A stretch of DNA of 64,000 bases from the IMG/VR virus record IMGVR_UViG_3300042563_002362; one strand, given 5' to 3'. Positions within the stretch are counted from its first letter, which is position 1. The number at the start of each line of letters is the position of its first letter. This stretch comes from a virus. Lineage: Duplodnaviria > Heunggongvirae > Uroviricota > Caudoviricetes. The notes under the pieces are model-generated. The model worked only from the letters and a program-made list of their open reading frames with translations. It was not told the DNA's origin and ran no database searches. Shown here piece after piece: positions 56,450 through 64,000 of this stretch. Both the position numbers and the translations under genes were made by a program.

Positions 56450-56896
56450 ATGACAACACCCTCTGCTTCGCTATTTAAGATTTGGAACAAAGCTCTGCGT
56501 CGTTATGATGATCCATCTGACTATGCATTGCGATGTGAAGGATATGCACTATCTTACGATTGGCATAATGACCACGGAAAATCATATGGACCAGCCTTTC
56601 ATGAATATGCTGTTCAGCTCTTTAGTGGACTATTTGACATTGATCGTAATCCAATTTATGACGGCGATTACCTAGCTGACCCAGCTGAACAATTTCATAA
56701 AGTACATGACATGTATTTCATTTATGAGGTTGGTCTATATTGCGGTAGTTACCGTAAGCCATACATATACAAAGCATTCTCTAAGTCCGACGAAGTTCAT
56801 GTTGTTGGGCGCGTGAACCACGAAGATGCACTTGATTTCTCTAAGCTTCGTATCATTGGAAGCATCCATAAAACACCGTTAAACATATACCGATGA
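56450..56896 (+). CDS. Diverged YopX-like protein
   Basis: FKIWNK, QLFSGLFDIDRNPIYDGD, RIIGSIH. Confidence 0.65.
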   Translation: MTTPSASLFKIWNKALRRYDDPSDYALRCEGYALSYDWHNDHGKSYGPAFHEYAVQLFSGLFDIDRNPIYDGDYLADPAEQFHKVHDMYFIYEVGLYCGSYRKPYIYKAFSKSDEVHVVGRVNHEDALDFSKLRIIGSIHKTPLNIYR

Positions 56897-57078
56897 CATT
56901 ACTAACTGAGTATCCTGTTATTCTAGGAGCTGAATACGTTTACAATGAAGATGAAACTGTAGCTACGTTAGAAAGCTGCGACCTAAAGAAAGATTGGATT
57001 CGCTTAAAATGTAAAGACTCTCCGTGGATTTTTGAGTCCAACCACTTTACTTTTTCGTGCTATTGGAAATTAAAGTAA
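56893..57078 (+). CDS. Hypothetical protein
   Basis: ORF track; tiles with its neighbours. Confidence 0.55.
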   Translation: MTLLTEYPVILGAEYVYNEDETVATLESCDLKKDWIRLKCKDSPWIFESNHFTFSCYWKLK

Positions 57079-57079
57079 T

Positions 57080-57340
57080 ATGACAATATACCCTGAAGAC
57101 TCTGAAGCACTTTATTACATCGAGCTTAACGCTGAAGAAAACGAAGTGACTCTTTATCGTCGTCATTTCTTTATGCCTCATGAGGAATTCAAGAAGCTAC
57201 AAGATGAATTTGGCTTCCGGTTCCTTAGTAATGAAGGCCATCCTTACCAAATATTTCGTCTACCCGTTCCTCCGCTAGGATGTGTACCTGACGTTTCTTG
57301 GTACAAGTGGATGGTAAACAGATTAAATCTATGCGCGTGA
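57080..57340 (+). CDS. Hypothetical protein
   Basis: ORF track; tiles with its neighbours. Confidence 0.6.
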   Translation: MTIYPEDSEALYYIELNAEENEVTLYRRHFFMPHEEFKKLQDEFGFRFLSNEGHPYQIFRLPVPPLGCVPDVSWYKWMVNRLNLCA

Positions 57341-57349
57341 ATTTTCTTG

Positions 57350-57378
57350 TTTACATTTAAACATTTTTTGATTATAAT
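57350..57378 (+). promoter_or_regulatory. Early promoter TTTACA-N17-TATAAT, leaderless
   Basis: ATG 57385 lies 6 nt after the -10 box. Confidence 0.85.
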
Positions 57379-57384
57379 AACTAC

Positions 57385-57912
57385 ATGATTGATCGAGTAT
57401 TCTGGGACATTGACGAAACGCTAATTCACACTGAGATGCGGCCTTTTGGCGAAGGTTATGGGGAAGTTGAGTTTAAGCTTGACGGTGTTAGCTATTACAC
57501 TAAGATTCGCCCATGCAGCTCTGATCTTGTTGCTTTTAGTCGTGACCTTGTTGGTGCCGATAATGTCTACATCTTGACAACTGCCACACGCGACTATGCA
57601 CGTGAAATCAATCGGATTGCCGGTTGGAATTTTGAGCATGATCATATCTTCTCTCGGGAGGATTTGCATGAACATCGTTGCAGCACTGCATATGGTGGTT
57701 CTACAACTGCACAAAATCAACAAGTTTCTTCAGCTAGAAACGTTATCATTGACAACCTGCCGCCTCGTGACAATTGGAACAAGATGAGTTTCACTGGAAT
57801 CGACAGTGAGCGTTACTTGAAGATTAACGACTACTATGGAGTTCAATTTGCAAGTTGTACTTTCGTTGAAGACGTCAAAGAATTCTTAACCAAGCTACAC
57901 GCCGATGCATAA
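57385..57912 (+). CDS. HAD-superfamily (NIF/FCP1-like) phosphatase
   Basis: WDIDETLIH, KIRP, ILTTATRDYA, IIDN. Confidence 0.8.
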   Translation: MIDRVFWDIDETLIHTEMRPFGEGYGEVEFKLDGVSYYTKIRPCSSDLVAFSRDLVGADNVYILTTATRDYAREINRIAGWNFEHDHIFSREDLHEHRCSTAYGGSTTAQNQQVSSARNVIIDNLPPRDNWNKMSFTGIDSERYLKINDYYGVQFASCTFVEDVKEFLTKLHADA

Positions 57913-58267
57913 TGTACCTGAAACCGTAATGAATGCTGCGTTACGAAATGCAGAGATCGTCGCTGAAACTTTGTCGATTCTACCAGTTGGTTACCTACCA
58001 GCTCATACTCCTGAGTCTATTCCTGGCCGTGTCAAAGATCTTGTGACAGAGCATGTAAAGTATTTTAACGCTCTTGAAAGAATTGCTGCAGGAACAAAAC
58101 ACTCAAAAGAAATTGCAAACAGCGTACTTGGTTATACTGACAACCACGAACAACAAATCGAGCTACTACGTGAAGAGAACCTGCGCCTCAAACTGAAGCT
58201 TGAGGAACTTGAAAACAAAGCTGCACAAACAATCCTATCACACACATACGCTAATGAACAACACTGA
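57905..58267 (+). CDS. Hypothetical protein with a C-terminal coiled coil
   Basis: ORF track. Confidence 0.6.
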   Translation: MHNVPETVMNAALRNAEIVAETLSILPVGYLPAHTPESIPGRVKDLVTEHVKYFNALERIAAGTKHSKEIANSVLGYTDNHEQQIELLREENLRLKLKLEELENKAAQTILSHTYANEQH

Positions 58268-59231
58268 AGACATCCGAAAGAAGGAAAAGAAACTGAATCG
58301 CGAGCATTGGATGTGTCGCGTCCAAATGTATACGTTTGGAATTGACGCACCTAACTATTACATGGGATACTGTCCATTCTTTTGGATGACATGGGTCTCA
58401 TTGCTTGTCCTACCAATTGTGTTTCTTGGCAAGACGTTTGTCAAACTAACGAGTATTCTGATTAGACCAGTGACACGATACATAGACACTCGTGCCAAAG
58501 CCCGTGAAGCGGAATTGATAAAGACTCCGCTTGAGCCAACCTACAATACAATTCTTGATGTGTATGGAGTGTTTGGCAAAGATGATTTTGTGTTGGGTTT
58601 AGATGGACAAAAGATTACTTTAGAAGATTATTCTAGACTTATATTCTGTTACGATTATGTTCGTGATGAAAGATTCCGTCTATGGTTCCTACAAAATCCA
58701 AATTGGAGAGACACACATCTCGAGAAAGCGCGCGCCGAAAGACAACGTGTAGAAGGTGAAGAACGTGAACGTCGTAAAAAACGAGAAGCGCGTAATCGCA
58801 AATTGTCAAACGTCGCAGGCCTATGTGGACGTGGATTGTTTAAGCTGCTTATTCCAACAGTGATCATTGCATTAGGAGCGTTGGCCTATTATGGTATCAT
58901 CAAGCTATGCAGCGTTGTTGAGCTTGCAGACGTTGTGTTAGTATTCTCTATCATTGGGTTTATCGTTGCTGGGTTCCTTGCATGTCGAATCTTAGGTGAC
59001 TTCTTGTCTACGTTCGTATTCACTGAACCTGTCAAAGATAAGATCTCTCGTGTATTGGGACGTATCTTTGATGATGGTGGAATATGTGATGGTCTCACCA
59101 ATAAGATTCGTAATGTCAGGGAATTTATCATCGACACCGTTGCACTAACTTATAAAGCAGAATGTCCTCTTATCCTATGGGGTGACGAAACTGGAAACAT
59201 TACACGTCGTAACAAATCAAAGAACAAATAA
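58254..59231 (+). CDS. Multi-pass membrane protein
   Basis: Three hydrophobic segments; CPFFW motif. Confidence 0.7.
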   Translation: MNNTEDIRKKEKKLNREHWMCRVQMYTFGIDAPNYYMGYCPFFWMTWVSLLVLPIVFLGKTFVKLTSILIRPVTRYIDTRAKAREAELIKTPLEPTYNTILDVYGVFGKDDFVLGLDGQKITLEDYSRLIFCYDYVRDERFRLWFLQNPNWRDTHLEKARAERQRVEGEERERRKKREARNRKLSNVAGLCGRGLFKLLIPTVIIALGALAYYGIIKLCSVVELADVVLVFSIIGFIVAGFLACRILGDFLSTFVFTEPVKDKISRVLGRIFDDGGICDGLTNKIRNVREFIIDTVALTYKAECPLILWGDETGNITRRNKSKNK

Positions 59232-59416
59232 TGAAAAAGAAATGCAACTATGAGTATGATCAGTCTGCCTGCATGTTTATATGTGGCGCATGTAAGAACG
59301 AAATAGTTGCACATAGTCAAAGTGATTTCAACCGAAAGAAAAGACAAAAGAAATGCCGTAAGCCTCAAACGTTTGTGGAGAATTTGGGCAAAAGCGATGG
59401 GCCAAAAGGCAACTGA
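59231..59416 (+). CDS. Small Cys-rich basic protein
   Basis: CxxxC...CGAC...KCRK. Confidence 0.45.
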   Translation: MKKKCNYEYDQSACMFICGACKNEIVAHSQSDFNRKKRQKKCRKPQTFVENLGKSDGPKGN

Positions 59417-59524
59417 TCATGATGGAGAAGCAGACATTGCGGCAATCATACGGACTGTGTTCTGGGTGGTTAACCTCATTACCTGCTTCTTCATTATCGC
59501 TAACACGCTAAGACACTGGTAAAC

Positions 59525-59935
59525 ATGAATACAAAACAAGTCATTGTAATGCGTAAGGATTTGAACATGCGCAAAGGAAAAATGATTGCACAGGGCAGTC
59601 ACGCGTGTATGTCGTTCTTAACAAAGAGTGGATCAAATGTCTTTGATGATCATCATTGGGCATATTACCGAACCTCAAATTTCAACAAGAATTGGGTTTA
59701 TGAACTTGCACATTGGCTCAACAATTCTTTTCGCAAGATCACTGTCTATGTGAATAGCCAAGAAGAACTTGAAGAGGTTCATCAGGCAGCACTTGACGCT
59801 GGGCTAATCTCACATTTAGTTACTGACAACGGAGCAACCGAATTCAATGGAGTTCCTACGATGACATGCTGTGCAATTGGACCACACTGGGACTCCAAGT
59901 TTGAAGGAATCACTGACCAACTACCATTACTATGA
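59525..59935 (+). CDS. pth2: Peptidyl-tRNA hydrolase, PTH2 family
   Basis: KQVIVMRKDLNMRKGKMIAQGSHA, KITVYV, DNGATEF...PTMTCCAIGP. Confidence 0.9.
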   Translation: MNTKQVIVMRKDLNMRKGKMIAQGSHACMSFLTKSGSNVFDDHHWAYYRTSNFNKNWVYELAHWLNNSFRKITVYVNSQEELEEVHQAALDAGLISHLVTDNGATEFNGVPTMTCCAIGPHWDSKFEGITDQLPLL

Positions 59936-60153
59936 ACGAGGAAGAACAAAGCAAAGAAATTATCAAAGCTATCGATGATGCTATGATGGGCAAAAAGACC
60001 GAAAGGATCAATGTTACTCTACCTCACAAGTTTGACATCAGCTTTACGGTTGCACATCGAGAGTATTGGACAACCGATGATGTTGTTGAAGTTCTTTCGG
60101 AATTGATTGAATTTCTTAAAGCACCAGTTGAAGAAGACACTGAAATTTTTTAA
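59932..60153 (+). CDS. Hypothetical protein
   Basis: ORF track. Confidence 0.6.
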   Translation: MNEEEQSKEIIKAIDDAMMGKKTERINVTLPHKFDISFTVAHREYWTTDDVVEVLSELIEFLKAPVEEDTEIF

Positions 60154-60155
60154 GT

Positions 60156-60488
60156 ATGAATGAAGAAGATGCTGATGTGGTTAACAAAATTGTTGCCAAA
60201 CATCTAAAAGAATACGAACCTAAGGACTTCATTACTCCACGCATCATTGATACGCTTCCGACTGGATACATACTAAATAGCAAGGACATCGTTCATCCGC
60301 GCCACAGTTACTATGATCCTGAAGGAGAATGCAATTTTCATATTTGGGCTGATAAGCGCTGCTATTACTGGGGAGTTGAAATTGAAGCACGTTACACTGG
60401 TCTTGGTGAAGGTACTCCTAAGATCAGGCGATGCGAACACATCAGTCCAAAACTGCATGCGATCTTTAAAGAACTTCCATCTTTATGA
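60156..60488 (+). CDS. Hypothetical protein
   Basis: ORF track. Confidence 0.6.
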   Translation: MNEEDADVVNKIVAKHLKEYEPKDFITPRIIDTLPTGYILNSKDIVHPRHSYYDPEGECNFHIWADKRCYYWGVEIEARYTGLGEGTPKIRRCEHISPKLHAIFKELPSL

Positions 60489-60497
60489 AGATTTTTA

Positions 60498-60526
60498 TTT
60501 ACATCGGCGTTCTTTTGTGTTAAAAT
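60498..60526 (+). promoter_or_regulatory. Early promoter TTTACA-N17-TAAAAT
   Basis: Spacer begins tcgg, as in the cassette promoters. Confidence 0.75.
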
Positions 60527-60554
60527 AATTCAGCAATGGAAGATATTCAACGCT

Positions 60555-61082
60555 ATGAAAAAACCACGTGAATTAACGCCTCCACCAAAAGACGCTCGAA
60601 AAGAACTCTATTTCGAGATCGAGAATGATTGTGTTCGTGACTGGCATGATGGCAAAGAATATGGTTCCTGGGAAAGAACCTATAATTCTTCTCTAAAGAA
60701 GATCTCACGTAATAAAGATTTACTTAGCAAGTGGAATTTCGAAGCTCATCGGGTCAATGATGAAGTTTACGATGCACAGAACCTCTATGCCGTCGTTGTT
60801 ACTTATAGTAGCGGAGATACATTTGGAACTTCTGTAGGCAATCTGGCACTTGCTTTTGTCACCGAAAAGGCTGATGAAGCAATTGAAGCAAAAGATTCAA
60901 TTCTTGAGCAAGAACAGTATGAATATGAAAGCAAGTATTCCTTCAGAGAAAAGACTGGAAAGAAACCTAAGTGGAACGAATCTTTTAGGGATCATCCAAA
61001 AAGCACAGGACGTTCGCCTTGGAATGGTTATTTCGAACATGTAACATCGGTAGATATTGTATTCTTACCAGTGATGGGGTAA
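60555..61082 (+). CDS. Hypothetical protein
   Basis: YAVVVTYSSGDTFG...WNGYFE pattern. Confidence 0.65.
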   Translation: MKKPRELTPPPKDARKELYFEIENDCVRDWHDGKEYGSWERTYNSSLKKISRNKDLLSKWNFEAHRVNDEVYDAQNLYAVVVTYSSGDTFGTSVGNLALAFVTEKADEAIEAKDSILEQEQYEYESKYSFREKTGKKPKWNESFRDHPKSTGRSPWNGYFEHVTSVDIVFLPVMG

Positions 61083-61084
61083 TT

Positions 61085-61297
61085 ATGAACTGCTTTGACG
61101 ACTCGCCCAATCTAAAAGGAAAAAGCAAAGACGAAATAATTCGCATCTTAGCTAAAGAACGAAATCGTTTTGCGCGTTCTCGACAAGAATGGATCGCTGC
61201 TGCATTTTTGCTAAACCGTGGAGAACGTTCGGACTATGATCGTCTAGTCTTTGAAGAACTTTGTCCAACCTGTATTAAATACTATGATGAAATTTAG
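61085..61297 (+). CDS. Hypothetical protein
   Basis: ATG 61085, in the frame of the track ORF 61019. Confidence 0.55.
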   Translation: MNCFDDSPNLKGKSKDEIIRILAKERNRFARSRQEWIAAAFLLNRGERSDYDRLVFEELCPTCIKYYDEI

Positions 61298-61535
61298 AAT
61301 CGTTGCAAGATATTGTACCTTGGATGATCCATATTACATCGTTCAACAAAAACGATGGTATGGCTGGGGGTTTCCTAGTAATCGTTATTCAAACAAATTG
61401 TCGCCGGATAGTTATTACGAAATATTTTTTACTGTTGAATCAGCTGAAACCGCGCTGAACGATTACATCAAAGAGTTAAAGAATGTAAAGCGTAAGAGCG
61501 AGATAATTAAGGTATATGAAGAACCTTCGTCTTAA
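61284..61535 (+). CDS. Hypothetical protein
   Basis: KFRIV...YIVQQKRWYGW pattern common in small phage ORFs. Confidence 0.55.
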   Translation: MMKFRIVARYCTLDDPYYIVQQKRWYGWGFPSNRYSNKLSPDSYYEIFFTVESAETALNDYIKELKNVKRKSEIIKVYEEPSS

Positions 61536-61631
61536 AGCAATTGCTACAGCTATCATGCTTGCAGCCAATGCATACATCGTAACTGACATGATCACAACCA
61601 CAAAAGAACGACTACTAAAACATCAAAGAAA

Positions 61632-62159
61632 ATGAGAATCTGCCTCTATGCCGGACCTGGTGCCGGTAAAAGTACAACATCATCATGGCTGTTTGCTGAG
61701 CTAAAGAAACGCGGACACAGCGTTGAACTCGTCAGCGAATATGTTAAAAGCTGGGCAATTGCCAAACGCGATGTCATTGGTTTTGACCAAGTGTATCTTA
61801 TGGGGAAACAATTAAATTATGAATACCGCTTTCTTGCACATGGCATACAGCATATTGTGACCGACAGTCCAGTGTTGTTATCTGCATGCTACACTCGATC
61901 ATACTTTAATGACCTCAAGATTGCAGACCACATGGAAGCAATCATTGCTGAATATGAAAGTCGCCATCCAAGTCTTAACATCTTTCTGAATCGTGATGGT
62001 AAAGAATACCGCACCGAAGGACGCTGGCAAGATGCTGAAGCTGCGAAGAATATTGACGGTATTGTAAAAGATACTCTAGAGCGTAACGGTTTGCCATACA
62101 CTGAGTTTTCTTTCTATGATACCGAAGACATCTTGAAACACGTAATACAAAACATATGA
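61632..62159 (+). CDS. AAA_28 / NadR-kinase-like P-loop protein
   Basis: GPGAGKST, ELVSEYVK, IVTDSPVLL. Confidence 0.8.
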   Translation: MRICLYAGPGAGKSTTSSWLFAELKKRGHSVELVSEYVKSWAIAKRDVIGFDQVYLMGKQLNYEYRFLAHGIQHIVTDSPVLLSACYTRSYFNDLKIADHMEAIIAEYESRHPSLNIFLNRDGKEYRTEGRWQDAEAAKNIDGIVKDTLERNGLPYTEFSFYDTEDILKHVIQNI

Positions 62160-62494
62160 GTAGAGAAATCAAGTTTAAAACATGGCATCCGGAAACATCA
62201 AGGATGAGTGACAAATCTTATTCTTGGGAAATGATTATGAGATTTGGTTTTAAAGAATTTGTTCCTCTCCAATACACTGGCTTCAAAGATAGAAATGGTG
62301 TAGAGATTTACGATGGTCATATATTACGGCATGATATTGGCCTAGGTCCACTCTACTATGTCGTTTATTGGTGCTCAGCCGACGGGCAATGGAAAATCGA
62401 CAAAGAACACGGCGGTAACACTGGGCCATGGTTTGACTACTATGAAGTAGTCGGTAACACATTTGAACACAGTGAATTATTAAAAATCATATGA
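62156..62494 (+). CDS. YopX-family protein
   Basis: IKFKTW, LQYTGFKDRNGVEIYDG, EVVGNTFEHSELL. Confidence 0.85.
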   Translation: MSREIKFKTWHPETSRMSDKSYSWEMIMRFGFKEFVPLQYTGFKDRNGVEIYDGHILRHDIGLGPLYYVVYWCSADGQWKIDKEHGGNTGPWFDYYEVVGNTFEHSELLKII

Positions 62495-62949
62495 ATGAAG
62501 AACTACTACATCACGACAGCGAAACATTGAAACATGTCAATGAAGTTCGCGCAAACATTTGGACTCTAATCAAAGAACTTGATCGCCGCGCCGCGGTTCA
62601 TGATGCATCCAAATTTGAGGAACCCGAACGCAGCATCTTTGCGGCAAACACTACAAAGCTAGCAAAGACCGAATATGGAACTCCTGCATACCAGGAACTC
62701 CTTAATGAAGTGCAGCCTGCAATCACTCATCACTACAGCAAGAACACTCACCATCCTGAACATTGGCCAAATGGAGTAAATGGTATGGATCTCCTTGACG
62801 TCATGGAAATGCTTGCGGATTGGGCCGCCGCCGTAAAGCGGAACAAAAACGGAAATGTCCATAAGTCCATACAGGTAAACCGTGAAAGGTTCGGACTCTC
62901 GGATCAACTCGTTTCAATCCTGGAAAATACCGTCAATCGACACTTCTGA
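62491..62949 (+). CDS. DUF5662-like HD-domain protein
   Basis: HDASKF, HHYSKNTHHPEHW, MDLLDVMEMLADW. Confidence 0.8.
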   Translation: MNEELLHHDSETLKHVNEVRANIWTLIKELDRRAAVHDASKFEEPERSIFAANTTKLAKTEYGTPAYQELLNEVQPAITHHYSKNTHHPEHWPNGVNGMDLLDVMEMLADWAAAVKRNKNGNVHKSIQVNRERFGLSDQLVSILENTVNRHF

Positions 62950-62953
62950 CACG

Positions 62954-63049
62954 TAACTTATTGAAAATCAGCGTAAATTGTGAAATTTTGAACTTTTTTC
63001 ACAATTTACGCATTTTCTTGTTTACATCGGTCGGTTTTCCGTATATAAT
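62954..63049 (+). promoter_or_regulatory. Early promoter cassette: IHF-like motif plus TTTACA-N17-TATAAT (63021-63049)
   Basis: gtaacttattgaaaatcag is identical to the copy at 51747. Confidence 0.85.
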
Positions 63050-63076
63050 GATTCTGTAAGGCAACCACCACAAAGT

Positions 63077-63241
63077 ATGACCACAGAAGATCCACAAAAG
63101 CAGCTCGAAAAATTCCAAAAGGCTTTTGACGCGCTAATGAAGAAGTTTCCTAAAATCTCTGTATATGGTGACAGAAACGGCGATCCTATTGCCATGATCT
63201 TCGATGGTGTACGCAGCAAGTCTATTAAACTCTCTAAGTAA
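63077..63241 (+). CDS. 54-aa early hypothetical protein
   Basis: Manual translation MTTEDPQKQLEKFQKAFDALMKKFP... Confidence 0.6.
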   Translation: MTTEDPQKQLEKFQKAFDALMKKFPKISVYGDRNGDPIAMIFDGVRSKSIKLSK

Positions 63242-63330
63242 TCGGAACTCTAATAAAATCTAAATATGACCACCTACAACGATTTCGCAGTTCCATACGG
63301 TTATGATTCTGCATCACGTAATTACTAAGT

Positions 63331-63510
63331 ATGAAAAATCTAATCCTCGTTCTAATTGCATGTGCCGTTCATATCGGCATTCACCAAGTCGCTCGTTACT
63401 ACAGTCTTCTTAGTGACGATGCAAATGCTACCTTGCTGTTTCTTGCACTCTTTGCAAGCTTCGCTGTCGGATTCACCGCTGATCTCAAAACCGAAAATTC
63501 TACACTATGA
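63331..63510 (+). CDS. 59-aa membrane protein
   Basis: Manual translation with two hydrophobic segments. Confidence 0.55.
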   Translation: MKNLILVLIACAVHIGIHQVARYYSLLSDDANATLLFLALFASFAVGFTADLKTENSTL

Positions 63511-64000
63511 ATACTAAACGCCTACACATCACCTGGAAGACCTCTACTCATCAGACCTATTTCGCTTCTTTGGACGGCGAGTATTGTCCAGTCTCTAACG
63601 TCGATTCTCTTAAGCCGATCGCCGTAAAGGAAAATACCTTTCCAGGCGGCGAACAGCATCTGCGCCTAGACATTGCCGAAGACTCCATTACCGATGACGC
63701 TCATCTTGTTCTTGCGGCTCGTTACAATACAGCCGCTGATCTGATTAAGATTGTTCTTGCGGCTGACGCTGCCCGCCGTCTTGGATTCTCTAAGACTACG
63801 CTCATTCTTCCATACTTCCCTGCTGCTCGTCAAGATCGTGTCTGCAATGTCGGCGAGCCACTTACCGTTAAGATCTTTGCGGATATGATTAACAGCTGTG
63901 GCTTTGACGCAGTTCATATTCTCAGCCCACACAGCGAAGTCACTCCAGCATTGCTTAATAACGTCGTAGTTCACGATGAATGCGAGCTTGTTGAAACTAT
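63507..64000 (+). CDS. prs: PRPP-synthetase-like protein (Prs/Adps), truncated by the window end
   Basis: Manual translation: TFPGGEQH, LILPYFPAARQDRVCNVGEPLTVKIFADMIN, SPHSEV. Absent from the ORF track because it has no stop in the window. Confidence 0.88.
   Translation, partial: MNTKRLHITWKTSTHQTYFASLDGEYCPVSNVDSLKPIAVKENTFPGGEQHLRLDIAEDSITDDAHLVLAARYNTAADLIKIVLAADAARRLGFSKTTLILPYFPAARQDRVCNVGEPLTVKIFADMINSCGFDAVHILSPHSEVTPALLNNVVVHDECELVET

Noticed and set aside
63666-63974. Minus-strand 102-aa ORF
   Set aside because: It is the antisense shadow of the Prs-like gene on the + strand.
1-64000. tRNA or rRNA genes
   Set aside because: No cloverleaf or T-loop signature was seen in the intergenic gaps by eye; tRNAscan-SE would be definitive.

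Overview
A 64-kb segment of a lytic T4-like myophage genome with cyanophage/pelagiphage-style gene order, almost entirely on the + strand. 1-14.9 kb: end of baseplate wedge gp8, a DUF4815/VrlC-like structural protein and three fibre genes (collar plus RCC1 repeats; two Thr-rich collagen fibres). 15-18.7 kb: accessory insert with a putative glycosyltransferase, UDP-galactopyranose mutase, GT14 transferase, holin and an RcGTA-like head-spike pair. 18.7-34.4 kb: gp13-gp23, gp3, uvsY, uvsW. 34.5-51.8 kb: gp55, gp47, gp46, VWA/CobS pair, gp45, dsbA, gp44, gp62, regA, hsp20, gp43, MazG-like and primase-polymerase-like genes. 51.8-64 kb: small early accessory genes (prepilin-like peptide, three YopX paralogues, PTH2, HAD, AAA_28 kinase, truncated PRPP-synthetase-like gene). 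Regulatory grammar read from the sequence: twelve TTTACA-N16/17-TAnnnT sigma70-type promoters (two antisense, four giving leaderless mRNAs), T4-type TATAAATA late promoters and IHF-like motifs. No tRNA, CRISPR array, integrase, RT, intron or intein was recognised. Family calls come from motif recognition, not database searches. The host is unknown.
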